64,000 nucleotides of DNA, from NCBI GenBank assembly GCA_964609855.1, contig CAZSTB010000001.1, forward strand, positions 27,854 to 91,853, read 5' to 3'. Of this stretch, positions 38,815-48,512 are shown one piece after another. The stretch comes from an uncultured Bdellovibrionales bacterium (lineage in GTDB: Bacteria; Patescibacteriota; Minisyncoccia; Moranbacterales; GWC2-37-73). How positions within the stretch are numbered: position 1 is the first letter of the stretch; the number at the start of each line of letters is the position of its first letter. A program made the translations under genes and the position numbers. The notes under the pieces are model-generated. The model saw nothing but the letters and a program-made list of their open reading frames with translations, searched no databases and was not told the DNA's origin.

Positions 38815-39017
38815 TATTGGCATGCGCAATTCTTCTCAAGTTAGTGAAGATTGAAAGGTCGTTACTTTCCGCAATCGAGCACCTTGAATTTAGGACGGGA
38901 TACTTTATGGTTCTTGTGAATAAACAAATAAGTTGCAGAAATACATCAAATAAGAAAATCTCAATAAATATTATAACACTGGACAAAATCAAAATTTCAT
39001 GATATACTTATATTATT

Positions 39018-39047
39018 GAAAAAGACGGGTGAAAGCTCGTCTTTTTG
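39018..39047. terminator. hairpin terminator (aaaaagacg-ggtgaaagct-cgtcttttt), bidirectional type
   Basis: 9-bp stem flanked by an A-run and a T-run. Confidence 0.55.
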
Positions 39048-39071
39048 CGTCTAAATAAATAAAACAAAAAC

Positions 39072-39590
39072 ATGGAAAAAATACCAACAGACTATAATTC
39101 AGAAAATCCAGCAAAAAAATACCAGGACCCGATATTTGAAAAGAGGATGAATCGGAGGGAAATCCTGAAAGGACTTGCGTACACTACGGCGGGAGCTCTT
39201 GTTGCGGCTTCAGGGTTAAGGGCGGTAAATATTTATAATGACAATAAAAAGGAACAAAAAAATAGTTCAGAGGCGATAGAAACTGAAATCAGAAAGCAAA
39301 TCGATGAGCTTAATGGCGATGTTAAATTTCTTGAAGATAATATGGATTCTCAATACTATATTGATCGATATGAACCCGGCGAGGGAGCCGTGCAGGGCGC
39401 GTTGATTATTGAAGATGATGCGGACAGTTTGCGGAAAAGAATTACCGAATATCGCGAAAAGGTAAACTTTTTTACTGAAAAAAGTAATCAAAAGGATTTT
39501 GCTGCAATAATGCCGGATGAGCTTTCAAAAATGAGCATCGATATTTTTCGTGACAGACATAAATTAATGACTTGGATGAAAAGAAAATAA
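39072..39590 (+). CDS. hypothetical exported protein (172 aa) with twin-arginine-like signal (NRREILKGLAYTTAGALVAASG)
   Basis: RRxILK motif followed by a hydrophobic stretch. True start may be the internal Met at 39147. Confidence 0.45.
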   Translation: MEKIPTDYNSENPAKKYQDPIFEKRMNRREILKGLAYTTAGALVAASGLRAVNIYNDNKKEQKNSSEAIETEIRKQIDELNGDVKFLEDNMDSQYYIDRYEPGEGAVQGALIIEDDADSLRKRITEYREKVNFFTEKSNQKDFAAIMPDELSKMSIDIFRDRHKLMTWMKRK

Positions 39591-39622
39591 GGATTTTTGG
39601 ATTTTTAAAACATTTCCTTTCT

Positions 39623-39656
39623 GACGGGGCCATTTGGCCTCGTCTTTGCTTTTTTG
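39623..39656 (+). terminator. rho-independent terminator (gacggggcc-attt-ggcctcgtc + T-run)
   Basis: 9-bp stem then tttgcttttttg. Confidence 0.6.
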
Positions 39657-39680
39657 CGCAATTTTGTATAGCATGTAGAT

Positions 39681-41486
39681 ATGAACAATAACGTTGAAGA
39701 AATAAAATCGCGGCTCAATATCGTGGATATTGTAGGCGAATACGTGCGGCTTACAAAGGGAGGGGCAAACTGGAAAGGCTTGTGTCCTTTTCATGGCGAA
39801 AAAAGTCCTTCATTCATGGTTAATGAAGAGAAACAGATTTTTCATTGTTTCGGCTGTACGAAAGGTGGGGATGTTTTTACTTTTGTGCAGGAAATTGAAA
39901 GTTTGGAATTTCGCGAAGTGCTGAAGATTTTGGCTGAAAAGGCTGGCGTACAGCTGCAAGAATATAAGGGTGGGCAACCGCAGGATAATAAAAAAAGAAT
40001 AACCGAGGCCTTGGAATTGGCAACAAAATTTTATCAAGATCAGCTTGAAAACAGCGCTGCGCGTGAGCTAATTTCTAAGTATTTACATGATAGAGGCCTA
40101 AATGACGAAAGTATTGCGAGATTTCGCTTGGGATATGCGCCGGCAGGATGGGACAACATTATCAAGCATCTTACGGAAAAAGGATTTTCAACCGCGGAAA
40201 TCGAAAAAACTGGACTGTTAGTTGTGAAAGACCAGCAAAATGCTGGCCAGCAAGCATCAAGCAGATATTACGACCGCTTTCGCGATAGAATCATGTTTCC
40301 AATTTGCGACCCCATGGGTGCAGTTGTGGGATATAGTGCTCGCGTGGCTCCTGGTCAGGATGAATCGCAGGCAAAATACATCAATTCTCCGGAATCGCTA
40401 GTTTATCATAAGAGTAAAGCGCTTTATGGAATCAATCTGGCAAAAAGCGAAATTAAAAGAAAAAATTACGTACTTTTGGTAGAGGGAAATATGGACGTTA
40501 TTGCTTCTGCACAGGCAGGTTTTGGCAATGCGGTTGCGGTTTCCGGTACAGCCCTTACTTCTGATCAATTAACTTTGCTTAAGCGTTATACGGAAAATAT
40601 TGCTATGCTTTTTGATATGGATAGTGCAGGGCAACAAGCCGCTGAAAAAAGTGCTGATTTGTGCTTCCAGATGGGAATTAATGTTAAAATCGTGGTGCTT
40701 AGCGATGGAAAAGATGCCGCTGATGTAGTTGCAAAAGACCCAAATTTGCTAGTGGAAGCGGTGAGAAATTCCGTGGCGGCAATGGAATATTTCTTTAATA
40801 ATGCGCTTTCTAAGCACGATAGGCATAGTGCGGAGGGAAAACGCAATATTGCTAAGGAGGTTTTGGCTCATGTGGTTAATCTTGAAAGTCAGATTGAAAA
40901 AGCTCATTGGATAAAGAAAATCGCCCATGAAGTTGATGTGGAAGAAAAAGTAATCAATGACGTACTAAAAAATATTGCGCCTCAAGCAACGCAAATTCGT
41001 CAGCAAAATCCGATTGTTGAGGAAGAAAGTTCTTTTCAGCGTCGTTCGGATATAATTAGAGATTCGCTGGTTGGCGCAATCATGAGCAGTGCTAAAGTTT
41101 GGAAAGAGATTTCTGAGACTAGGCTTGCCGAAGATTGGGTTGGTGCTGATAAATTGATTGAGTTCATTTTGACAAAGGGGATTGAGGTTGATTTCTCTTT
41201 TGATGCACTTTTGGCTTCAGTAAGCGACACAAGGGCAGCTGAGAAGCTCAGGAAAATTTATTTTGAAACCAAATACAGGTTTACGCAAGATGGGGTAATT
41301 GAATATGGAGCTGAAGATTTGCGTCAATTGACACTCGGATTTATCGCGCAATACGTCAAGGAATTGCAAAAAGAAAGACTTCATAGTATCATAAAGGAAA
41401 TTGAGGCAGCTGAACAAAAAGGGGATAAAGAGACCCTCGCCAAATTAATGAGCGAGTTCACAAAGCTTTCTCAGGAAATGAGATGA
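39681..41486 (+). CDS. dnaG: DNA primase DnaG
   Basis: CHC2 zinc finger CPFHGEKSPSFMVNEEKQIFHCFGC, TOPRIM domain (LVEGNMDVIA, DGKDAADV), C-terminal helicase-interaction region. Confidence 0.92.
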   Translation: MNNNVEEIKSRLNIVDIVGEYVRLTKGGANWKGLCPFHGEKSPSFMVNEEKQIFHCFGCTKGGDVFTFVQEIESLEFREVLKILAEKAGVQLQEYKGGQPQDNKKRITEALELATKFYQDQLENSAARELISKYLHDRGLNDESIARFRLGYAPAGWDNIIKHLTEKGFSTAEIEKTGLLVVKDQQNAGQQASSRYYDRFRDRIMFPICDPMGAVVGYSARVAPGQDESQAKYINSPESLVYHKSKALYGINLAKSEIKRKNYVLLVEGNMDVIASAQAGFGNAVAVSGTALTSDQLTLLKRYTENIAMLFDMDSAGQQAAEKSADLCFQMGINVKIVVLSDGKDAADVVAKDPNLLVEAVRNSVAAMEYFFNNALSKHDRHSAEGKRNIAKEVLAHVVNLESQIEKAHWIKKIAHEVDVEEKVINDVLKNIAPQATQIRQQNPIVEEESSFQRRSDIIRDSLVGAIMSSAKVWKEISETRLAEDWVGADKLIEFILTKGIEVDFSFDALLASVSDTRAAEKLRKIYFETKYRFTQDGVIEYGAEDLRQLTLGFIAQYVKELQKERLHSIIKEIEAAEQKGDKETLAKLMSEFTKLSQEMR

Positions 41487-41655
41487 TAACAAAGACTGGT
41501 AACCGCCGGTTTTTGGTGTTTGTGTGCGAATGGCAGCATGTTTGCCGAGCGGACACAAACAAAAAAGGCATCTCTTTTCTTGTTTTATGCAAGAACTACG
41601 TTTTTTAATTTGTGTATCTTTCGAATGATTTAATTTGTTCGAAAACAAGTCTCTT

Positions 41656-43083
41656 ATGAAAAAAGTGCAAAAAAAGGTGGCCAAAAAAATAGTTCCAGCA
41701 AAGAAGGTGGCAAAAGCTGCAATAAAAAAAGTTGCAAAAATTTCACCGAAAAAAGTTGCTGTTGCTGCAAAGAAAACTGTAAGTAAAGTTAATGTAAAAA
41801 AAATCGTGCCAAATAAAAATGCTAAAGCAGTTAAAAAAAACGTAGCAAAGAAGCCTGAAGTGAAAAAACCTGAACCTGCTGCTAAAAAGATTGAACAAAA
41901 AGCTCACACTCCAAAGCAGGCGCCTCTTAAGCATGGCGATCAGAAAAAACCAGCTCCTAAAGCTGTTAAGAAAGAAGAAGTTTCTGAAAAAGTTGATATT
42001 ATCGGTGAATTGATTGCGCGTGGAAAACAAAGAGGCTTCGTCACAGAAGATGAGATCATCCACCTTTTGCCAGAAATTGAAGAAGAGATAGAGGAGCTTG
42101 AAAATCTTTATGAAAGATTGGAGACAGCGGGTGTTAAGGTTGTCATCTCAGATGATATGCTTAAGATAGATTCTGACAAGGAAGCCGAAGCTTTCGAGAA
42201 GAGCAAAAAGGAAAAAAATGCCGACATGCTTTTAAGTGAGGGAATCGAAGACAGTTCTTCCGACTTAGTGCAGATGTATCTTCGTGAAATTGGTCGCGTG
42301 CCGCTTTTGAAATCTGAGGAGGAAGTAAAGCTAGCAAAGGCCAATGAAAAAGGAGACCTTGCTGCTAAGCAAAAATTGACTGAAGCAAACCTACGTTTGG
42401 TTGTAAGTATCGCAAAAAAATATGTGGGACGCTCTCATAATCTTTCCTTGCTAGATTTGATTCAGGAGGGAAACATCGGACTTTTTCGCGCAGTAGAAAA
42501 ATTTGATTACCGCAAAGGTTACAAATTCTCAACTTATGCAACTTGGTGGATTCGCCAAGCAATTACGCGAGCCTTGGCTGACCAATCAAGAACAATTCGT
42601 ATTCCTGTGCATATGGTGGAAACGATTAACAAGTATACGCAGATTACTAGAAGATTAGTTCAGGAACTCGGACGCGAACCTTTGCCAGAAGAAATTGCAG
42701 CTGAAATGAATTTAGAAGTCGACAAAATTCGTCATATTCAAAAAATTTCACAGGAAACGGTTTCCTTAGAAACGTCTGTGGGAGACAGCGACGACGACAG
42801 TGTACTTGGAGACTTCATTGAAGACACGGAGACCGTTATGCCTCACCAGGTTGCTTCACGCAAGCTTTTAAAGAACCATGTGGGCGAAGTTTTGACTGAT
42901 CTTACTCCTCGCGAACAGAAAATTCTGAAAATTCGTTTTGGATTGGAAGATGGCGTTACTCACACCTTGGAAGAAGTTGGAAAAGAATTTGGGGTTACAC
43001 GCGAACGTATTCGTCAGATTGAGGCGAAAGCACTTGAAAAAATCAGACAACACAAAGGTATCAGCAAATTGAAAGATTATTAA
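41656..43083 (+). CDS. rpoD: RNA polymerase primary sigma factor (sigma-70/RpoD) with about 110-aa Lys/Ala/Pro-rich N-terminal extension
   Basis: Regions 1.2-4 recognisable ([39 protein letters not shown]; region 4 [24 protein letters not shown]). Classic dnaG-rpoD adjacency. ATG 41656 chosen over upstream TTG. Confidence 0.92.
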   Translation: MKKVQKKVAKKIVPAKKVAKAAIKKVAKISPKKVAVAAKKTVSKVNVKKIVPNKNAKAVKKNVAKKPEVKKPEPAAKKIEQKAHTPKQAPLKHGDQKKPAPKAVKKEEVSEKVDIIGELIARGKQRGFVTEDEIIHLLPEIEEEIEELENLYERLETAGVKVVISDDMLKIDSDKEAEAFEKSKKEKNADMLLSEGIEDSSSDLVQMYLREIGRVPLLKSEEEVKLAKANEKGDLAAKQKLTEANLRLVVSIAKKYVGRSHNLSLLDLIQEGNIGLFRAVEKFDYRKGYKFSTYATWWIRQAITRALADQSRTIRIPVHMVETINKYTQITRRLVQELGREPLPEEIAAEMNLEVDKIRHIQKISQETVSLETSVGDSDDDSVLGDFIEDTETVMPHQVASRKLLKNHVGEVLTDLTPREQKILKIRFGLEDGVTHTLEEVGKEFGVTRERIRQIEAKALEKIRQHKGISKLKDY

Positions 43084-43219
43084 ACTGGTTTCCATATCTT
43101 TATATCTTGCAAATGCGTCTCGCAAGGGACGCATTTGCAATTCTTTCTCTCATTTGCAAACTCTTGCCAGGCTGAAAAACATTTGTTATACTGATTTTGT
43201 TATCAAAAATTTAATATAT

Positions 43220-43291
43220 TCCGGCGTAGCGCAGCGGTAGCGCAGTTGACTGTTAATCAATTGGTCGTAGGTTCGAATCCTACCGCCGGAG
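43220..43291 (+). tRNA. tRNA-Asn (anticodon GTT)
   Basis: Acceptor TCCGGCG/CGCCGGA. Anticodon loop CTGTTAA. T-arm GTAGG-TTCGAAT-CCTAC. Discriminator G. Confidence 0.85.
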
Positions 43292-44848
43292 CACAATAGG
43301 ATGAAGAGATGCGAAAGCGTCTCTTTTTCCTTTTATGGAGCCACTTTCAGCGAGTTCGAAAGTACTATTTATCCTAGGCATCCATTCTGACATGAATTCA
43401 AACCCTAAGGTGTAGTTTGGCCTGATTTTATCGGCATTTAATGTAAGGTTCGAAAAAATATGACTTAAGAGTAGTCTTTTTTCTTCAGTGCTTGCTTCTG
43501 GGCATTTGTAGATTTCAGATGCCTTTAGTGCGAGTTCATGAATAGCAAGTCCAGCTTCATAATAGGCAGCACGAGACTCTCCTAATTTTTTGAGAGCTAT
43601 CACTGCATCTTCTTTTTCTTTTGCAGATTCATCCATCATCTTTTGACAGAGTTCCATAGACATCTTTCCATCAAGCTTGTCCCTGTAGGCATTTTCATAG
43701 CGTTTGTCAGCGGTTTGAATGGTTCTTGTAAATTCATTTCTTCTTAGTGTATTGTGTTCTATCTCGTCGTCGTGACTTTCTCTCAATGCCTTCTCGAGAA
43801 TCTTGAGCACACGCTCATTCTTTGGGGCTACATTGTCAAATAGAGGAAAGAGTTGATCTTCTACCTTCTCTTGCCTGAGATAGGTCCTCTGGCTACATTT
43901 TTTGTAATGATTGCAATGGCCATACCAGTGCCCTTTTTGGGTTTCCCAAGTAATTAACCCACCACATTCGTCGCACTGAATTTTTGCCTTGAATACGGGC
44001 AGATGCTTTTTAAAGCTAGGGTTGGCTCTTTTGCGACTCATTATTCCTTGAACTGCGTCAAATAAGTCTTTGGATATGAGCGGTTCATGCTTACCTGGAC
44101 TCTGCACTCCATTCCAAGTAATGATGCCATAATAATAAGGATCGCTGAGTAGTTGATGTATTCTACTTATGACAATTTTTCCACCAGCAACACTACGAAG
44201 TCCCTCTTTAGTTATTGTCTCAGTGATTGCCTTAAGGGAATAATTCCCTGTAGCGTAAAGCTCAAATGTTCGCGCCATAAGTGGACCCATAACTTCATCA
44301 ATAACATGACTCTTGCGACCCTTTTCTCCAATAGTTTTATAACCAGCCTTGGCTCTTTGAGGAAATTCACCTTGAGCTATTTTTTCTTTTTGACCTTTCT
44401 TTACCTCTTCAGAAAGATTATCGATATAAAATCTCGCAATTGCAACTTTCATATTCCAAACAAGACTTTCATGAGCCTTTGTGTTTTTGTTTAATATAAA
44501 TGATTCTTTTACAAAATGTATTTCGCGTTCAGTGTTCTCAGTAATCCAATCACTTATTATGCCGGCATCTTTTGGGCTACGAGTAAGCCTATCTATTTTT
44601 TCACAAAGTATCGTTAATACATTGTTTTTTGAAGCATAATCAAGCATTTCATTGAAAGTTTTTCGTATTTGTTTTCCACTTGCTGATTCAGATATTTTGA
44701 AAATCTTCTTAATAGCAATCTCGTTTTTTTGTCCGTAGGCTTCCAATAGTGTCACTTGAGCATCTAACGAATACCCAGCATCTTCTTGTTCCTTGGATGA
44801 AACGCGGGCATAGATCACCGCTTTGTTGTTTTTGTTGGCATTTTCCAT
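43280..44848 (-). CDS. large serine recombinase (resolvase/invertase N-terminal catalytic domain + recombinase domain + zinc ribbon)
   Basis: AVIYARVSSKEQ catalytic-serine motif near the N-terminus. C-terminal Cys cluster (CDECGG...CNHYKKC). Stop overlaps the 3' end of tRNA-Asn. Confidence 0.85.
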   Translation of the reverse strand: MENANKNNKAVIYARVSSKEQEDAGYSLDAQVTLLEAYGQKNEIAIKKIFKISESASGKQIRKTFNEMLDYASKNNVLTILCEKIDRLTRSPKDAGIISDWITENTEREIHFVKESFILNKNTKAHESLVWNMKVAIARFYIDNLSEEVKKGQKEKIAQGEFPQRAKAGYKTIGEKGRKSHVIDEVMGPLMARTFELYATGNYSLKAITETITKEGLRSVAGGKIVISRIHQLLSDPYYYGIITWNGVQSPGKHEPLISKDLFDAVQGIMSRKRANPSFKKHLPVFKAKIQCDECGGLITWETQKGHWYGHCNHYKKCSQRTYLRQEKVEDQLFPLFDNVAPKNERVLKILEKALRESHDDEIEHNTLRRNEFTRTIQTADKRYENAYRDKLDGKMSMELCQKMMDESAKEKEDAVIALKKLGESRAAYYEAGLAIHELALKASEIYKCPEASTEEKRLLLSHIFSNLTLNADKIRPNYTLGFEFMSEWMPRINSTFELAESGSIKGKRDAFASLHPIVLRR

Positions 44849-45042
44849 ATGATTTTGATTTTATAAAGACGCTAAAGGGACGGTTCTGACTTACCCAACT
44901 AACCACGAGGATTGTCGGCAGAACCGCCCCTTTAGGGCGACAATATAAAGTCGTGGTATTTATAATTGGGTAAGTATCTACATTATACATTTTCTGCAGC
45001 AAAATAAAAGCCAAAAAGTAAACCAAAGTAAACAGATGATGG

Positions 45043-45483
45043 TTAACTTTCTCTTTTGTGACCTTGAATTTCTCTAAGTATCCTGTGAGCTTGTTGTTTT
45101 GCTGTTTTTGGGCTAAATCCCGCCAGCACCGCTGCTCTAGTAGCGTTTCCCCTTGAACTAATAAATCCATAAAGAAAAGAGAGTCTTTTCATTGATGGGG
45201 CATTAAACATAGGTAGTTGCTTTAATGAGCTATCATTCATTATCTCATCTGCTATATAATGAAATAATAGTCCGTGAGGCTTATGAAAAATTAAATCTCT
45301 TATAAATAGCGCTTCTTGCAATGTAAATTTAGGTGAAGGATTTCGTTTTTTATAATTCACGTTATCTGAAAGAAGATTAAGTATATTTATAAGTTCCTCG
45401 GTAGCAATAATGGCGCGTTTTTTCCTCATTTTTTTTATTTTCATTAGTGGTTTTTTATTGTACATATTGATCGATAACCTCAT
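45043..45483 (-). CDS. phage terminase small subunit-like HTH protein (Terminase_2/P27-like), tentative
   Basis: GNATRAAVLAGFSPKTAKQQAHRIL resembles the conserved HTH of small terminase subunits (GNATqAAi.AGYS.kTA.sqasrLL). Confidence 0.4.
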   Translation of the reverse strand: MRLSINMYNKKPLMKIKKMRKKRAIIATEELINILNLLSDNVNYKKRNPSPKFTLQEALFIRDLIFHKPHGLLFHYIADEIMNDSSLKQLPMFNAPSMKRLSFLYGFISSRGNATRAAVLAGFSPKTAKQQAHRILREIQGHKRES

Positions 45484-45664
45484 CTAATAATTTTGAAATA
45501 GTTATCTCTTGAAGTTTTGCTATCTCTTTTAATTTTTCATATCTGGTTTTTTCAATTCGTTCTTGTTGAGTGATCCTTTTTGGTTTTAATCTTTTCGAAA
45601 GGATTTTAAGTGCATTTTTATTGGCTTTCTTAGCTATTTTTTCCTGTTGAGTGAAATCAATCAT
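45455..45664 (-). CDS. small basic hypothetical protein (69 aa)
   Basis: Overlaps the upstream gene by 29 nt on the same strand. Lys-rich, likely DNA-binding. Confidence 0.3.
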   Translation of the reverse strand: MIDFTQQEKIAKKANKNALKILSKRLKPKRITQQERIEKTRYEKLKEIAKLQEITISKLLDEVIDQYVQ

Positions 45665-45960
45665 ATTTTTGTTACCAATTACTATTTAGAACTGCTTTTG
45701 AGGCATCATATAACTCTTTATGACTTATAGAGAGAATAGAGTATTAAGTCAGTTGTGCGGGCGCACAAATTTTTGTCTGAGAATACTTTACCCAAGTTAA
45801 TTATTGATGGACAAATGACGCACCCCGTTGAGAATCAGTCACTCAGAGCGGGGGTTTGGATTTATCCACCAATAATGTTTGCAGCCGGTTTTTTATTCCA
45901 GGGGATTCGCTGACCGCCCCTGCTCTATAATTTGTAAATGTTAGGCTTAAAAAGCCTGAG

Positions 45961-46149
45961 TTAATTCTTTTCAGGAATCACTTCAGGATTTTCAATAGTA
46001 GTCATTCTCCGGTATTCAATTTTTGCAAGCAAGTCAAAATAAGCAACAAGATCGCTCATGATTTTGCGCGCATCGCTGATTGTTATTTCTCGTCCGTATT
46101 CCTCAGCCACAATCTGCTGAAACTCAATTATTGTTTCTTCTTTAATCAT
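45961..46149 (-). CDS. small hypothetical protein (62 aa)
   Basis: Followed by aggcttaaaaagcct hairpin (45943-45957). Confidence 0.3.
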   Translation of the reverse strand: MIKEETIIEFQQIVAEEYGREITISDARKIMSDLVAYFDLLAKIEYRRMTTIENPEVIPEKN

Positions 46150-46232
46150 AAAATCGCATTAGGATATTCCTAATGCGATTATCGATCTTTATGAAGTTTT
46201 AATATAATACACGCAAGTTTAACTTACGTGAA

Positions 46233-47072
46233 TTATGAAAAGGAGGCTTCTTTTAGGGCCTTTTTGAATCTCGCAATGTATGTTCCGACCTTCTGATAAT
46301 CACCGACCCATCCCATTTTCTTGGAAATTTCTTTGTAAGTCAGTTCTTGTTTGTACCTGAGATCATAAACTTTTTTATAGTTATTGAACTCTTTGTAAGT
46401 TTTGAATCTTTTAAATCCAGTAGGTTTTATGCTGTAGCTTTTTGTATTTTTTGAATCAAGCACTAATACGTCATTGTTTGGAAAAGATATTTTGCCTGTA
46501 TTCTTTTTCAGGTATCCAAGTATATTTCTGTGCTTTTCAATGTTTTTCCATTCCTTTGCTACTTGTTCTAGCGTAGTATCAGAATAAATTTCTATTTTTA
46601 ATCTAAGTAGGCCACCATCATTTTCAGTTCGATAATCTAATTGAGATGGGATAATAGGGTCTATATTGTCGTTATTTAAAAATGTGAAGTATTCAATTGC
46701 ATTTTTCCACCTCGGGTGGATATTAAACTTTACTAATATGTTTAAAATTGATGAGTCGTACTGTATCTTTATTTTTTCATTTTCACAAACTTTTTTAAGA
46801 TATTTGATGCAGTTTTCTTCACTTGTAAATCCTTGAGGCGGTATGCTGAAGGTTTCTCTTAAGTTATTGACTTCATCTATGAATTTGTCATTTGCAATTA
46901 AAAACAAAAATTTTTCCTTGTTGACTGTAAACTTATTGATTTTTGGTCGAATTGAATAGGGATCTTGAAATAAATCAAACTTCCATTGTTCAAAACAACC
47001 AGCATCTCTATATTTAATTTTTGTTAACATTTTCATAGTATAAAGTGTAGCTCTATATTGTAAATCTTTCAA
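46233..47072 (-). CDS. hypothetical protein (279 aa) with C-terminal HTH-like segment (LTYKEISKKMG)
   Basis: Long ORF on the island's minus strand. Sigma-R4/LuxR-like HTH at the C-terminus. Confidence 0.45.
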   Translation of the reverse strand: MKDLQYRATLYTMKMLTKIKYRDAGCFEQWKFDLFQDPYSIRPKINKFTVNKEKFLFLIANDKFIDEVNNLRETFSIPPQGFTSEENCIKYLKKVCENEKIKIQYDSSILNILVKFNIHPRWKNAIEYFTFLNNDNIDPIIPSQLDYRTENDGGLLRLKIEIYSDTTLEQVAKEWKNIEKHRNILGYLKKNTGKISFPNNDVLVLDSKNTKSYSIKPTGFKRFKTYKEFNNYKKVYDLRYKQELTYKEISKKMGWVGDYQKVGTYIARFKKALKEASFS

Positions 47073-47144
47073 TTATTTATAATCTATGATAATCTGTAGT
47101 TACAATTAAATGCCTAAACTTCACGGATTCCCGCGGAGCATGGC

Positions 47145-47284
47145 AAAAAATACCGACTAAAGTATATCAAGCTCTCCATCCAGAGCACTTTAGTCGGTCG
47201 TGCGTCGAAAGGCGTGCGGGTGTCCGCAAGGACATCGCTGGTGGGGAGCTTTATGTTTTCCACCAAAAAAAATCCGACTAAAGA
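47145..47284. other. GC-rich structured element flanked by 18-bp direct repeats (aaaaaataccgactaaag / aaaaaaaatccgactaaag); candidate ncRNA or MITE
   Basis: Inverted copy actttagtcgg at 47187-47197 forms an 11-bp stem with 47151-47161. GNRA hairpin tgtcc-GCAA-ggaca at 47221-47234. A spurious 77-aa ORF overlaps it. Confidence 0.35.
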
Positions 47285-47407
47285 AATGAAAAAAAGAATA
47301 AACTTATCTCGCATAGTATTTTTCGCTATGGCTTCTTTCGAAGTCATGTTTACAACCTTTTAAGGTTGTTTTTTTGTCGTTAATTATTTTTACTTAATAA
47401 AATTATT

Positions 47408-47830
47408 ATGAAAAATGCAATCAAAAGAATCTTTCAAGGAAGGCTCGCGCGAAAACACTATTTCTTAGCTCACATTTATATCCTTTTTCCAATTGCATTT
47501 ATTGGTGGAGTCATGGGTTCATTATTAGGTCTTAATAGTTTCGAAATGGGTATTTTCATTGGTTCGGTGCTTTTTCCAATTATTATAATACCGGTTACAG
47601 TTAGAAGACTTCATGATTTAGGCTTAAGCGGATGGGTTTTACCTATATTTTTCCTTGTCCCTTACCTTGGAAATAATTTTTCACTTCAAATCTTAGTAGG
47701 ACTACTTTTTTCAGGATATTTATTTTTTTATCAAGGCAAACAGGACGCTAATAAGTATGGCAAACCAGCACAAAAGGACAGAAAATTCTGGGATGCAGTT
47801 TTAAATAGAAACATTGCTAATGTTAATTGA
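47408..47830 (+). CDS. DUF805-family inner-membrane protein
   Basis: RRLHDLGLSGW motif diagnostic of DUF805/YhaH-like proteins, multi-TM. Confidence 0.6.
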   Translation: MKNAIKRIFQGRLARKHYFLAHIYILFPIAFIGGVMGSLLGLNSFEMGIFIGSVLFPIIIIPVTVRRLHDLGLSGWVLPIFFLVPYLGNNFSLQILVGLLFSGYLFFYQGKQDANKYGKPAQKDRKFWDAVLNRNIANVN

Positions 47831-48122
47831 TATGAAAGCACTAAATACGTTCAAATACATAATTGCAATAATCGCTATAATTTTTATTTTTTTCAGTTGG
47901 AAAATATCGCTATTATTATTTGTAATTGCATCCATCGCACACGCTTTTCCATTGGGTCCATACATGCTTTTAAATACGCTGGCAGGTTATTCATTGATTG
48001 GTGGCATACTTTATTTGTTTGTGAGCTGGAAAATAGGCGCGGTGCTAATTATATGCTCAATCTTGATTGTAAAGTTCAGGGCTTGGACTAATAGTGTGAA
48101 TGTTGATTACTACAAGAAGTAA
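47814..48122 (+). CDS. small membrane protein (102 aa), hypothetical
   Basis: Three hydrophobic helices. 17-nt overlap with the upstream gene. Confidence 0.35.
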   Translation: MLMLIDMKALNTFKYIIAIIAIIFIFFSWKISLLLFVIASIAHAFPLGPYMLLNTLAGYSLIGGILYLFVSWKIGAVLIICSILIVKFRAWTNSVNVDYYKK

Positions 48123-48147
48123 ATAAAACGATAATAAGATACGAAAT

Positions 48148-48441
48148 ATGCCAAAATTTTTAGCAACAACCTGTCCTCACTGCAAGGGAGAATTTGAAAA
48201 GAAAGTCCTGGATCTTATTTGTGGCGGAGTTAAATACTCATCCGATGAGTACAATGTGAGTTCAGAGGGTACATACACGCGCAAGACGCCTCATCTTCAG
48301 AGATGCCCCTTGTGCGACCACTTGATGAACGAGGAAGACTGGAAGCAGGTGAAACAACGATATAGATACGAGGATGATCCTAAGCCGATTCAAACCAAGT
48401 GGCAAAACTTTAAATGGTGGAGTAAACGCTTTTTACCGTGA
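48148..48441 (+). CDS. zinc-ribbon protein (97 aa), hypothetical
   Basis: CPHC...(50 aa)...CPLC metal-binding pairs. Confidence 0.45.
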   Translation: MPKFLATTCPHCKGEFEKKVLDLICGGVKYSSDEYNVSSEGTYTRKTPHLQRCPLCDHLMNEEDWKQVKQRYRYEDDPKPIQTKWQNFKWWSKRFLP

Positions 48442-48476
48442 TTTTTCTTCTAATAAGGAGTTGATTGAAGTGATAT

Positions 48477-48506
48477 TTGACATTATACGCATTCAATGCG
48501 TATAAT
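48477..48506 (+). promoter_or_regulatory. consensus sigma70 promoter (TTGACA-18-TATAAT) with embedded perfect 11-1-11 palindrome ttatacgcatt-c-aatgcgtataa (48483-48505); candidate auto-operator; drives leaderless transcript starting at ATG 48513
   Basis: -35 at 48477-48482, -10 at 48501-48506. ATG 7 nt downstream of the -10. The palindrome spans the spacer and the -10 box. Confidence 0.5.
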
Positions 48507-48512
48507 GTAGAA

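Noticed and set aside
47114-47347. 77-aa minus-strand ORF
   Set aside because: Covers the GC-rich direct-repeat/hairpin element. More likely non-coding.
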